This document shows positions 1 to 12,674 of a stretch of DNA of 64,000 nt, piece by piece. Under the pieces are notes generated by a model, which did no database searches, was not told where the DNA came from, and saw only the letters and a program-made list of their open reading frames with translations. The first letter of the stretch is position 1. Every line of letters begins with the position of its first letter. The stretch comes from Phyllobates terribilis (lineage: Eukaryota), in contig NW_027362761.1 of the NCBI RefSeq assembly GCF_046119375.1, positions 322,028,001 to 322,092,000 on the forward strand, given 5' to 3'. The position numbers and the translations under genes are program-made.

Positions 1-96
1 TGATGTCAGCTTATAATGCCAGCTGACATCAAGCCCAGGTTAGTAATGGAGAGGCGTCTATAAGACACCCCCATTACTAACCCCATAGTCAAAGTT

Positions 97-1001
97 AAAA
101 GAAAACACAAACACCCAGAATAAAGTCCTTTAATTGAAATAAAGACACAATTCTTTATTGTTCTAAATTAAACCATACTTACCATCACGCCCATTCCAGC
201 TGAAGCCAACGATCTCCTGCAATAAAAGTAAAATAATAAGCAACCTCATCCTTACCTTTCCATGGTTCCCACGACAGCTTCAGCTCTGCTACATCGAGAT
301 GACAGGCTGGACCGCAGCAGAACGCTGCCATCCAGCCTGTCATCCCGCAGACACTGAGAAGCGCAGGCATGCTTGCGCTCCTCAGTGTCTCTCTGTGACG
401 TCATCCAGATGAGCCGAGTTCATGTCCAATGAACTCAGCTCACCTCATGCACGTCACTGACAGCGTGGGAAAATTCTCCTGCACTCAGCGCTTCAGCGTG
501 AGAATTCTCCCACGCTGTCAGTGACATACATGAGGTGAGGTCATGTCCAATGAACTCAGCTCACCTCATGCACGTCACTGACAGCGTGGGAAAATTCTCA
601 CGCTGAAGTGCTGAGTGCAGGAGAATTTTCCCACGCTGTCAGTGACGTACATGAGGTGAGCAGAGTTCATTGGACATGACCTCGGCTCATCTGGATGCCG
701 TCACAGCCAGACACTGAGGAGTGGAAGTATGCCTGCGCTTCTCAGTGTCTGCGGGATGACAGGATGGATGGCAGCGTTCTGCTGCGGTCCAGCCTGTCAT
801 CTCGATGTAGCAGAGCTGAAGCTGTCGTGGGAGCCATGGAAAGGTAAGGATGATGTTGCTTTATTATTTTACTTTTATTGCAGGAGATCGTTGGCTTCAG
901 CTGGAATGGGCGTGACTGTAAGTATGGTTTAATTTAGAACAATAAAGATTTGTGTCTTTATTTCAATTAAAGGACTTTTTTCTGGGTGTTTGTGTTTTTT
1001 T
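97..1001. repeat. About 900-bp hairpin whose central 120-bp hairpin unit is tandemly duplicated
   Basis: 97-430 is the reverse complement of about 670-1001, which explains the twin ORFs 185..370(-) and 729..932(+). CATGTCCAATGAACTCAGCTCACC... occurs at 421 and again at 542. Confidence 0.9.
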
Positions 1002-1169
1002 TAAATACTTTACTAGAAATTCATGGTGGTCATGTCTAATATTGGCGTGACCCCATGAATTTCGGGCTTAGGGCCAGCTGATAGTGCCAAGCTGGCCTTA
1101 ACCCCTTTATTACCCAGTGAGCCACCGCACCAGGGCCCTGGATGAGTTGGGTACAGCGCCAGAAGATGG

Positions 1170-1862
1170 CGCTTCTATGAACGCGCCATTTTCCGGGGCG
1201 GCTGCGGACTGCAATTTGCAGCGGGTGGGGCCCAGAAAGCTTGGGCCTCCCTGCGCTGCGGATTCCAGCCCCCAGCTGCCTTGTTGTACCTGGCTGGACA
1301 CAAAAATAGGGCGAAGCCCCACGTATTTTTTTTTTTAATTATTTCATGAAATTCATGGAATAATTAAGAAAAAAAGGGCTTCCCTATATTGTTGTGTCCA
1401 ACCAGGTACAAATAGGCAGCTGGTGGTTGGGGGCAGCCCGTTCCTGCCTGCTGTACCTGACTGGACACAAATATAGGGCGAAGCCCCACATAATTTTTTT
1501 TTAATTATTTCATGAATTTCCTGAAATAATTAAAAAAAAATTGACGTGGGGCTTTGCACTATATTTGGGTCCAGCCAGGTACAGCAGGCAGGAACGGGCT
1601 GCCCCCAACCACCAGCTGCCTATTTGTACCTGGCCGGACACAACAATATAGGGAAGCCCTTTTTTTCTTAATTATTCCATGAATTTCATGAAATAATTAA
1701 AAAAAAAAAACGTGGAGCTTCTCCCTATTTTTGTGTCCAGCCAGGTACAACTAGGCAGCTGGGGGATGGAATCTGCAGCGCAGGGAGGCCCAAGCTTTCT
1801 GCCCCCCCGCTGAAAATTGCAGTCCGCAGCCGCCCCGGAAAATGGCGCGTTCATAGAAGCTG
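1170..1862. repeat. About 700-bp near-perfect palindrome centred near 1515
   Basis: GCTTCTATGAACGCGCCATTTTCCGGGGCGG (about 1171) is mirrored by CCGCCCCGGAAAATGGCGCGTTCATAGAAGC (ending about 1860). The arms can be followed continuously to the centre. Confidence 0.9.
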
Positions 1863-4800
1863 GATGCTGTACCTGGCTGGCATACAAAAATATGGCGAAG
1901 CCCACGTCAAAAGTTTTGGGAAAAATTAATTAAAAAATAAATAATAATTTAGGGACTGCATCTTTATTAACTCCTCAAATGTCATTTAGTGTTAAAATAA
2001 TGGATTTATTTAAAAAAAAAATAGCGTTGGATCCCCCATAATTTTAGTCTCTAGCGGAGGTTAAGCAGACGGCTGGGGCAGATGTTTGAAGCCTGGGAAG
2101 GGGGTAAAACCCACGGAGCTTCCCAGGCTACTAATATCAGCCCCCAGCTGAATACCTAGCCTTTACTAGCTATTAAAATGGGGGATCCCCCAAAAAAAAT
2201 GACGTGGGGTCCCCCCTATTTTAATAGCTAGCAAAGGCTAGGCAGACAGCTGGGGGCTGATATTAATAGCCCAGGAAGGGTGCCATGAATATTAGCCCCC
2301 TCCCAGGCTAGAAACACCAGTCGTCAGCCGCCCCAGAAATGGCGCATCCATAGGATGCGCCAACTCTGGCACTTAGCCTCGCTCTTCCACGCTGCCCTGG
2401 TGCGGTGGCAGGGGGTAATAGTGGTGGGGTTCATGTCAGCGCCAGCTGCCATGATGCCCAGGTTAGTAATGATGGGCGTCTATAAGACACCCCCATTGCT
2501 AACCTACAAAGTGTTAAAAAGAAAAAACACACTACACCCAGAAAAAAATAATTTATTTGAAATAAAACACACAATTTTATTTAATTCTTAGTTTACTAAA
2601 AATAATAGTTACCTGTCCACGTTCCTGCGCTGATCTCCCATGCACAGCTGTCACATCTGGAGATGGTGACAGCTGTGCATGGCTGCTGTAAGCTCACGCT
2701 GCCGGGAACACATCCGCTCCCGGCAGCGGGAGCCCCTGACTGAGGTCACCGGAGTGCATTCAGTCAGCGCAGCTCCGGAGACCTCGTTTACGGCAGTGCT
2801 GTACCGTGGGAATTTCTCACGATACAGCAGGGCCGTAAAGCAGCTAACCGGAGCACCGCTGCCTTAACTCTGGTGAACCCTTACGGCCCCGTCATTCTAG
2901 CGGCGGCAGCGGTTCAGAGCGGTCACATTCTATGTGGCTGCTCTGAACTGGAGATCTTCGTGGGACACTCGTGGACTGCTACGGAGGGGTAAGGATAAGG
3001 TTGTGGTTTATTATTTTATATTTTATTACAGGAGATCGATGGCTTCGGGGAATTAGGTGTCTAGGTGAGTATAGGTGTAGTTTTTTATTTTTTACTTTAT
3101 TTTAGGTGGCGATCGGCGGGGACAGGTAATGTATAAACTAATTTCTTTTAGGTAACCACTGGCCACCAATGACATGTATTTAACATTTATTGGGGACACA
3201 GTAGGGCAATTTAAATAGCAGGATCAGTCTGATGAGAACTACTGCTCCCATCGAGCTGATCCTGCTGGCAGGAGTGGACGGGGGACAGACATAGGCCGAT
3301 GGGAGTAGTAGTGTCACATCGGCCTATGTCTGCCTGCACGCACAGACACCGCGCACACATCGCACAGACACCGCGCACACCCGCACAAACATCGCGCACA
3401 CACCCCGCACACACACTAATCATGACGGGTCTGGGAGGTGAGGCTGACCTGTGCGGCCGTGGGAAAGTTCATGTGAGTTCATGCAGTCAAGCATGAACTC
3501 ACATGAACCCTCTGAGGGCACCGCGGCGACTTCAAATGAACAGCTGATCGGCATCACCTGATACCTCAGCTGTTCATTTGAAATAACCGGCGGGAAAGCG
3601 CAGCACAGAACGGGAAAGCCGGCGGTGAAGTCTTTTCACTGCCGGCTTCCCCGCCCGGGTCCTTCACTCCCCGCTCCTTGGAGCTGCGCTCCCCGCCCGG
3701 TCCTAACTTACTATCGGGATGGGAGGTGGCGAGGGGAGCGGAGGATCGGGGTGGGAGGCTGCGGGGAAGCAGTATGGGGCTGTGTGATTGTTTAAAAGCC
3801 GGCGGCTTTATACCGCCCGCCGGCTTTTAAACAATCAGGAGAATTCTCCCCCGCTGGGATGGCATTCTGATGACAGGCTGGATCGCGCTACCATCCAACT
3901 TGTCATCCTTCACAGACACTGCAGAGCGCAGGCATTATGGGAACTTCCGATTCCGGTATCCGATATTGTAAAAGTATCGGAATTAAGTATCGGAATTCCG
4001 ATACCGCGAATATCGGCCGATACCCGATATTACAGTATCGGAATGCTCAACACTATTTACGAGTCATGTGAACACAGCCTTTTGAGTAATTTCTCAGATG
4101 TATTTTTCATTTGTTACATATACTCTGCAGCCATAAAAAGTGTTATTGTAGACTGCGGCCCATGAATGATATAGTAGGTCCATTTACATCACAATACATA
4201 CAGCATTCCTGAATACACACTAACAAACAGGAATCACATCAAATACTTTCCTATTGAACACTAACACAGTATGAGACTTTTCTTCGTATGCAGACAAAAC
4301 CCTTCTATGGCTACCTATGCAAATAAAAAAAACAAACACTCTGTGGCTGCAATGGTCACATTCTTATGAAGGCATCCACGCTACTGCCATCAAAACACCC
4401 ACGAGCAGATGAATGAAGCCGATCTTCAGTCACAGAAATTGCCACATATAAATGGATCCTAATCTTGCACCCTACCCTACAATAAATAGCAAGACCTTAC
4501 GATTTCTTTAGAAGGGCAGATCAGGTTGCAGCTATACAGTGAATGAAAAGTCTGACCCTCTCTTTATGTGGCAAGAACTCGGTTTTATATTAGTTAACAG
4601 CAGGTTAGCCACTCCAATCCTGCGCCTAGAAACAGACATTATCTTGATACTTTCTCCTGGTGTGGACAGATCTGTCCTCAGACACCTAGACGTCTCAGGT
4701 CGGCAGCTGAGAACTCGGAAATCATTTCTTAACAAAACAAAGGAGTCTGTTGAAAAAAATAACATTTTGACAGCTGCTCGCAGAGCTACTGATGGGTGAC

Positions 4801-5254
4801 GCTGTGGGCAGAGCTGCAATTTCTGGGCCGCTCACTATGCATAAGAAGGAAATCAGCTTTGACTCATTCACTGATACTTATGCCAAGTAGCTTCTTGATA
4901 AGCTCAACCCAGCTTACAAACACATAAAAAAAAACGTCTTGCGCAAATGTCTGTGACACACTGGATTGTGGAGAGAAACAGGAGGCTTGTCTGTAAGCTG
5001 GGTTATTTTCTGACACAAAGCATCAAACCAAACTGATTTTTAAGAGCATATTTTCACATACTGTTAAGGCGGGTTTCACACAGCCATGTTTTGCGATCCA
5101 TATTTGGACAATGTTGCATGAACTGGCTGAGGGTCTCCTGATCTGAAATAGGCAACCTCATGAATGCTTGTGAGGCTGCAATGTGCAGGTCACAGACCAC
5201 TGGCCAGCCCGTGCATTGGGGTCCGAGCACAGACCACAAAAAATAAATGTCTAA

Positions 5255-5436
5255 GGGGTAATTCACACATCAGTATTTTGAATAAGTGTTTGTATGCCAA
5301 AACCAGGAGTGCAACTTACAGATAAAAACTAGAACTGAAAGATTGATACCTGTTCTGTGTTTTGGAGACACTCCTGGTTTTGGCATACAAATAATGATGA
5401 AATACTGATCAAAAATACTGATGTGTGAATAAAGCC
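5255..5436. mobile_element. Short palindromic MITE (PIF/Harbinger-like)
   Basis: Arms ATTCACACATCAGTATTTT / AAAATACTGATGTGTGAAT with internal CCAAAACCAGGAGTG / CACTCCTGGTTTTGG. Related to 8614-8815. Confidence 0.7.
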
Positions 5437-8078
5437 TATGGCTAAAGTCAGACGATCATTGAGTGTGACTTGACTGACTGGGTGCAGCTCTAGATGGTGG
5501 ACGAGCGCAGCAGCAGCATGTTACATGCCGTGGTATCGTCCAGAAATCGGACCAGACTGGTGCTTGATGTGATTTTTCTTTCACATGGACCTGAAAAATA
5601 GCCCATGAGCATCAGCACAAAGGCTATCCTTGGGCTATCCCAGTGTACTGTCCCTTTTTCCACATGGAGAGGCCATGAAACTAAAAAAAATTGTGTGAAT
5701 GTACCTTAAAATACCTATAAAAGATTGCTTGAATAGTCCGCTTCTGACAAATTATTGATAATTTTTTTTCAGCCTTTCAAACACACACGAAAACTGTGAT
5801 GGCGGTCAAACTACATAAAGGTTTAACCTATAGGTTTTTTTTACTGGATCCTGCAGGGTCAAATAGCGCCATCTACTATTTTATTCCATACTTGTATAAT
5901 GATGTACTGAAGAACAAAGAACACTCATTGGCTTTCGTCAGACATTGGAGTCTATGGATACTTCTATTAGTCAGGCATACACGCTAAGTGTAAATTATAG
6001 AAATGTTATGTGGCATTCAATAGAGCAGTTATTACAGCTTCACAGATGAATAATGCCAGTATAGTTGGGATTTGCATTCTTTTGGAAAAAAAATTCTGTG
6101 AAATTCCCTAAAATACTTTTATGAGAAGAAAGTTTCTGCTGCAGTCAGGAGAGATCCGAACACTGACTTGGCTGCCATATTGAATTCCCAATCCTCACTG
6201 TACTCCTCGGGCCATCAACGCATACACTGCCATTTACTATAGTCCAACCTGAAATCTCAGCTTCGGTTAACAGACTATGAAACATGGAAGAAGGCTCTGC
6301 TCACTTTATGTTAAAGAAATCCTGCCAGCCATCTCATGCTGCCCGAACCACAAAAAAATAGCCAGGTGCCGTTTTTTTCTTTTAAATTTCATATATTCAT
6401 ATATAAAGATAGTGCCAGAGGAATGGATGGCTAAAAGTGACAAAAGACAAGCACATGCACAGTAAGTCATTTTTATACTGCTGTGCATATGTTTTTTTTG
6501 CGCTTTAGCAGTCAGGTTCTAGGCAAATTCCGCTTGGAAAAGAAAAAAAACAACAACTATGCGCACATATCCTTAAAGTAGTTGAATTTCAGGAGTTTTC
6601 TGGCTCAGGGTTGATCTCCTCTTCCCAATGAAAGCACAAGCACTTCTTCTACTGTCTAAAATGTATTTCTTATTGGGGCAAAACCCTGATAAGAGAGCTC
6701 AAAAATCTTTAAATAAAATATACCGCAATGTCCTTTTATTGAATTTCCGGTGTCACATGGCTGATGATGTCTGATCAGTCTTTTGATTCGGCCTCTGAGA
6801 ACAAGATAATCGTGCAGTTCTGTGTCGTATTTTTAAAATTTCTGATTAATTAGAAGCCAGGTTAAAGAAAACTGCATTGCATAGCATTCCCTTATATTTC
6901 AACTTAGGTTCTTACAAAAAAATACAAATATATCTGAATAAATTGTCTGTGTTCCTGACTTGTCTGACGGTGCGTGATTATTCTTAAATAAATGAGAAGT
7001 ATTATATACAACTTAAAATCGGATATCTTACTATTTGCATTTCATATTAATATCGCAGTTAAGAAACAAGTCTCGAGTCTCTAAAGGCTTAAAAAGACCC
7101 CTGTTTCCAATACTGATGAGTGTCTTATACATGTATGTGAGGGTGAAAAAGAAAAAGCTTTATACTTGGAGAGCATTTACCTTTCTCTATACACTTGATT
7201 AAACTCTAGAAAACTCCCCGTAGAGATTAACAGGAATCAGCTCGATAAAGATCTATGAGGGCATTAGAGAGTTGGCTACCACTGAATTACACATCTCCAA
7301 GAAGTTGATTTGTAACTAAAGGGAAGCGCCTGACATCATGGCAAAGCCCTCGCCTGAGGGATGAATTACATATAGCTGCTGCAGAAGTCAAGTTTGTTCC
7401 AACATCATCTGAGAAATGTCCTTGTATCTTTTTCCATGTCAACACTTGACAGTCCTCTATTTTAATATATTATACAGATGCTATGTTTGGGAATGGGACT
7501 TGTCAACCTGTTTACTCACTCCAGAACATGGATATTTTTTTTTTCTTAGTTCTTGCCATTTTTTAAGGTGTGGAAGAGGTGAAGCTTTGTCCACCCAGGC
7601 TAATCTGGCCCCAAGCATTGGTTACTGATGTGGTCTGAGGAGGAGTATTAAGACAATAGTTGGGAATTTGGCATACATGTGAATATATATGCAACAAAAA
7701 TTCTTAGGAAAAATCTGTAACATTCTGGTATACAGGACTTACTTTAGGCCATTCACTTAGCAGTATATAGAACAAGCAAATCTATAATGGAAAGATGCGC
7801 CCATCTCTCAGGTTTTTGATCCATTCTACTTTTAAGGTTTACAAATACTGGCTTGGGACATTGTTAATAATGTGTGCTCTGTTTTCATAATTCGAGCAAA
7901 GTAAAAAACTGGAAAGACAAATAGCACAATAGGGTCTTATCCAAGTAGAAAATAGGGAGATAAACTGCGATTTTATGCTCACCTGGGGGGGTTGTAACCC
8001 ATATGTAAAACTTAGAAATAAGCTGCTGCTGCAGCTGCAGATCCACAATGTAGAGAAACTGAGGAAGCTGGAGATAAG

Positions 8079-8329
8079 TGGGTAAAATCCGGCTGCCAGT
8101 GGTCCAGAGATGAGCAGGAGACAGGAATAATGGAAATGTGGTTTATTAGCCACCACGTTTTGAAGTGAACAAACTTCTTCATCAGAACAAACCGCAATGA
8201 GCAATGATGATTGTGGTTTCTTCTGATGAAGAAGTTTGTTCACTTCGAAAAGTGGTGGCTAATAAACCACATTCCCACTATTCCTGTCTCCTGCTCATCT
8301 CTGGACCATTGGCAGCCGGATTTTACCCA
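8079..8329. mobile_element. Inverted pair of Penelope-like pseudo-LTR ends, each arm carrying a degenerate hammerhead core followed by AATAAA
   Basis: Arms about 8079-8190 and 8219-8329. The + arm reads CTGATGA-A-GAAGT-ttgttc-ACTTC-GAAA-AGT (8223-8253). The - arm reads CTGATGA-A-GAAGT-ttgttc-ACTTC-AAAA-CGT (8185-8155). Confidence 0.65.
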
Positions 8330-8613
8330 ATTATTGCCAGCCTCCTGTTTTCATAATTATAAAGTAAGCATTTTGATGTCAGCATAGATGAAGAAAAACG
8401 TAAAAACTTGTAAAAATAACTGTTCTGGCAGTCTCCAGAAGGAGAAAGCCAATCGCCATGAAAAGCCTCTCACCCACTGAAGCCAGATGAGACTGGTTTT
8501 GGCAAATCAAGTGGCATTAGGGGCAGACATTAACTTCAGCTACCCTATATTGGTGACACTCGAAAGCCAGCTTTCATCCTCCTACAGCTAGCAGTCTCCT
8601 ACTGTGCCGATAA

Positions 8614-8815
8614 GTCCACGGCCCCACTATCAGTATTCGGTCAGTATTTTTTCTCAGGAGTAGGAGCCAAAACCAGGAGTGGGTGATAAGAGAAAAGGTA
8701 TAATAGAAACAAGTCACCAATTCTGCATTTATCACCCACTCCTGGTTTTGGCTCCCACTTCTGAGAAAAAATACTGACCGAATACTGACCAAATACTGAT
8801 AGTGGGGCTGTGGCC
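8614..8815. mobile_element. PIF/Harbinger-like palindromic MITE
   Basis: TAA flanks at 8611-13 and 8816-18. TIR GTCCACGGCCCCACTATCAG / CTGATAGTGGGGCTGTGGCC. Confidence 0.8.
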
Positions 8816-9706
8816 TAACTTCAACTAACAACTGACATTAAGAGTCAATCAACTATAGTCTCAAGAGGGAAAAAAAAGTCTGGCACATTCAAAAGTAATT
8901 AAAAGAAAATCATCTTTATTGATTAATCCATTAAATAGTTACTAATGTTGTGTGAATGTGAATATCAGAGTGTGTTTAACGTCAGAAATGCATCAGATGT
9001 TTACATTCGGACATGAGTAACATTTTAATGGAGCAATAAAGAAGAAGATTTGGTTTTAATTACCTGTGGATATGCCAGCCTTTTTTTTCTCTTTAGCCTA
9101 CAATATACTGCAATCCAGCAGTGACGCAGCACCCACAATAACCAGCAACGGAGGACTTTCATATACTGTACATGGGGAGACTAGCAATTGTTTATTTTTT
9201 ACCATCAACTGTGGTCTCCATGCCCATCACCACTTTAATTCCTAAGGGCCCATTTAGACAAGACAATAATTGGGAATGAGTGTTCCTAGGACTACATGTT
9301 ATCTAATCATCAGCCTTTCGGTGGCTATGTTCACACTGTGGAGGTCAAATACATTTTTTTTTTTTTTTTTTTTTTTGCTACAATAGTGACAAAATTGTAC
9401 ATTTTCCTACACTTTTCGAAAATTCATGGCAAAAATGAAGCAGTTTTACAGTGGGAATAGTTGCATCACAGCAGCAGTGTGAAATCAGAAATGATCCAAC
9501 AAGCTTGTACGCCAGGTTGAGAAGTTTTTAAGCAGCACATCATCCTGTGTAAACAAGGACTTATGATCAGAGAACACAATGGTCTAGGAGCACAGAACCA
9601 ATTAACGATTGTATTGTGGGCATACACGTGTGGTTGGCCATTGAATGATCACCAACTGGCCGTAGACAGCCTGTCTAACTGGGCCCTAATAAACTTGACA
9701 TTAAAG

Positions 9707-10072
9707 AGTGATGAAAGGGTAGTTATCCAGCAACTCGTGAAAGTGACTTATAAAATAGCCTTTATTTTGAAAAAATTAAAACCATGAGACCATAGTGCAA
9801 ATAAAAGCGTACAGTTTTCTGAGACTCTGGACTCATGTGTAATTGAGCATCTGAACAGGTGATGTCGGAGGGCGGCTACTTTCTCCATATGCCTTAAAAG
9901 TTTTTCCATTTCAACATTGTATTATGCTATGAATAAGGATCTACGTATCCGAAACGCGTAAGCCTCTGAACGCTTTTATTTGCACTATGGTCTCATGGTT
10001 TTAATTTTTTCAAAATAAAGGCTATTTTTTAAGTCACTTTCACAAGTTGCTGGTATCTACCCTTTCATCACT
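9707..10072 (+). mobile_element. Penelope-like end cassette: about 100-bp inverted arms enclosing a minimal hammerhead motif
   Basis: 9707-9810 is the reverse complement of 9970-10072, and the arm contains AATAAA. The hammerhead-like motif is at 9926-9963. Confidence 0.65.
9926..9963 (+). ncRNA. Variant minimal type I hammerhead ribozyme motif (A3-U8 pair, extra A after A9)
   Basis: GCT-ATGAATA-A-GGAT-ctacgt-ATCC-GAAA-CGCGT-A-AGC. Stem II is GGAT/ATCC, the palindromic ACGCGT forms stem III, the triplet is GUA and stem I is only 3 bp. Confidence 0.5.
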
Positions 10073-10189
10073 GCCTAATGTCTCCCAGACGGGGATCTTT
10101 ACAATCAGAGCACCGTGCCTCATGAGAAAGTGGACCGAGCAGGCTGACCCAGGTGAGCTGAAATATTTTTTCTACATTATTGACATTAA

Positions 10190-10559
10190 AGAGGTATTCC
10201 CATCTCCAAGATCATATCCCGATATATAGTAGGTGTAATATTAATAATGTTACCAAGTACCTCCAATTAGGAATGTAGTATAGTTCTTCAGATTTGCTAT
10301 GTTGCTTACCTCATGTATGGCATTGCAATAGCTTAGGTATCTGTATCTATGGTTACAACTGCTAAGAGCTGTCTAACTAAATGTCACTCTATGAATGGTT
10401 GTAACCATGGATACCTAAACTTCTGAAATGCCCTACATGAAGTAAGCGACAGCGAATCAGAAGAACTATACTACATTTCTAATTGGAGGTATTTGCTAAC
10501 ATTATTAATATTACACCTACTACATATTGGGATAGGATCTTGGAGATAGGAATACCCCT
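10190..10559. mobile_element. T2/Kolobok-like MITE
   Basis: TTAA TSD at 10186-89 and 10560-63. Long TIRs AGAGGTATTCCCATCTCCAAGATC / GATCTTGGAGATAGGAATACCCCT. Confidence 0.85.
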
Positions 10560-11454
10560 TTAATTTCTACCCCCATTATGTGTTGACTCGTGGCATGGAA
10601 CAGACAGAGCTAAATATAACCACATTCATACTAACATTTTTTTTTCTTTTATTACCATTAGGAATCTGACAGTAACAGGATATTCAAATGTAAAAAGTGA
10701 CTGTGCTCATTTAACAGCAAAGCTGACAAAATCCAGCAGGGACCCGAAATTCATCAGAGCCCCGTGTGTTTCTTGTCCTCTTTGTTGTGAAAGGACTGTG
10801 CTGAGGGGAGAATCTATACCTAGTGGAAGTGTGATCCATGTAATGCTTTATGTCAGCGTAAGGGATTTGCAGCAACCGCCGATAAATGATATGAAAATGA
10901 GCAGGGGAAAGGAAGCCTGGAGTGAAACATACACAAGGGAAGGGAGAAGGAATATGATTTACATCATAATGAGGAACACAAACTTGGAGCAGGGGACATG
11001 CAGTTTAACTATATAGTGATTAAGAATGACCTGAAACTGGAGGCCAGCAAAGACAATGAGAACAACCCATTTATTATTATGCAAGTGCTATTGTTGAAAC
11101 TATTACTTATATTCTTTAATATATCCTGTGTGCCATAGTACTAGTTCTATTCATATTGTCAGATATTCACCATCAATAGAACTGCTGCAAATGAAGAATA
11201 AGAGCTTCACACTGGCCAATAATTGGGAACGAAAGTATCCTATGTGCACAGAACAATTGTATTAATAATCGTTCTGGAAGTATGAGTGTGGTCAGACTGT
11301 CAAACGGGTTACGAAATGGCCGCTGATTGACTTACTGTACATGTAGGTTTCATTTAACGGCCACAGTCAGCCAGTGTATCATTGCTCTCACCAGAATATA
11401 CAGTTTGCACAGGACGGTGTGCAGCTGACAATTATTCGTTTTAAGTAAGCTTAA

Positions 11455-12674
11455 CCCCTTAATGAACCATTTTCAGCTTTTGTCTTTTTTCTTCCCAGAG
11501 CCATAACTTTTTATTTTTATGTCAATATTGCCATGTGAGGGCTTATTTTTTGTGGGACAAGTTGGACTTTCGAACGACATCACTGGTTTTACCATATCAT
11601 GTACTGGAAAACAGGAAAAAATTCCAACGGCGGTGAAATTGCAAAAAAAAGCGCAATTCCACAGGTTGTTGTTTTTTTTTTTTACCATGTTCACTGAATG
11701 CTAAAACTGACCTGCCATTATTATTCTCCAGGTCATTACGAGTTTGTAGACACCAAACATGTATAGGTTCTTTTTTTTATTTAAGTGGTGAAAAAAAAAT
11801 CCAATGTTTGCTATAATGGCGCCATTTTCTAAGATCTGTAGCGTCTCCATTTTTGAGATCTGGGGCCGGGTGAGGGCTTATTTTTTGCAGGCTGAACTGA
11901 TGTTTTTATTGATACCATTTTGAGGTACATCCGATGTTTTGATCCGCCGTTATTGCATTTTATTCCAATGTTGCAGTGACCATAAAAACGTAATTCTGGC
12001 ATTTAGAATTTTTTTCTCGTTACGCCGTTTACCGATCGGATTCATTCTTTTTTTACATTGATAGATCGGACGATCCTGAACGCGGTGATACCAAATATGT
12101 GTGCTTTTTTTTTATAGTTTTAATTCTGAATGGGGCTACAGAGGGGGTGATTTAAACTTAGTTTTTTATACATTTTTATTATTTATTTATTTTTTTACTT
12201 TTGCATGCTTCAATAGTCTTCATGGGAGACTAGAAGCTGCACTTATCTGATCGCCTCTGTTACACACAATGGATAATCAGATCGCCTGAGTGTAGCAGAT
12301 TTGCTCACTTGCTATGAGCGCCAACCGCTGGGCGGCGCTCAGCAATCTGGCAGTGACAACCACAGGGGTCTCCTACAGACCGTGGGTTGTCGTGCCAACC
12401 CATCGGTGACCCGCGATCATGTGACGGTGGGTGGGGCCAATGACGCGCTTCCCAGAAGAGCGGGTTAAATGCTGCTGTCAGAGATTGACAGCGGCATTTA
12501 ACTAGTTAACAGCCGAGGGTGGATCGCGATTCCACCTGCAGCTGTTGCGGGCACATGTCAGCTGTATAGATCAGCTGTCATGTGCCCAGAAAGGTGCAGG
12601 CTCAGCGTCAGAGACCGCACAACACAGGGGGTTATGACGTATGTCGTACTATTACGGCACACGTCATAAAGGGG
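11455..12674 (+). mobile_element. Non-autonomous piggyBac-like element (1.2 kb)
   Basis: TTAA-CCCCTT...AAGGGG-TTAA. Internal segments are shared with the elements at 39848 and 56293. No transposase. Confidence 0.85.

Larger units (their letters stand above)
1..4055. mobile_element. Large composite non-autonomous repeat built from nested palindromic modules; right terminus at about 4035-4055, left end outside the window
   Basis: Ends in ...GTATCGGAATGCTCAACAC-TA after short GATACC/GGTATC inverted units. Modules 1-420 and about 1980-2500 recur inverted at about 17000-17950. It is inferred, not shown, that the whole span is one element. Confidence 0.55.

Noticed and set aside
10663-11016. Open frame after a polypyrimidine/AG, with a TGYS word also seen at about 15020
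   Set aside because: No donor site or recognisable domain, and the four-residue match is expected by chance.
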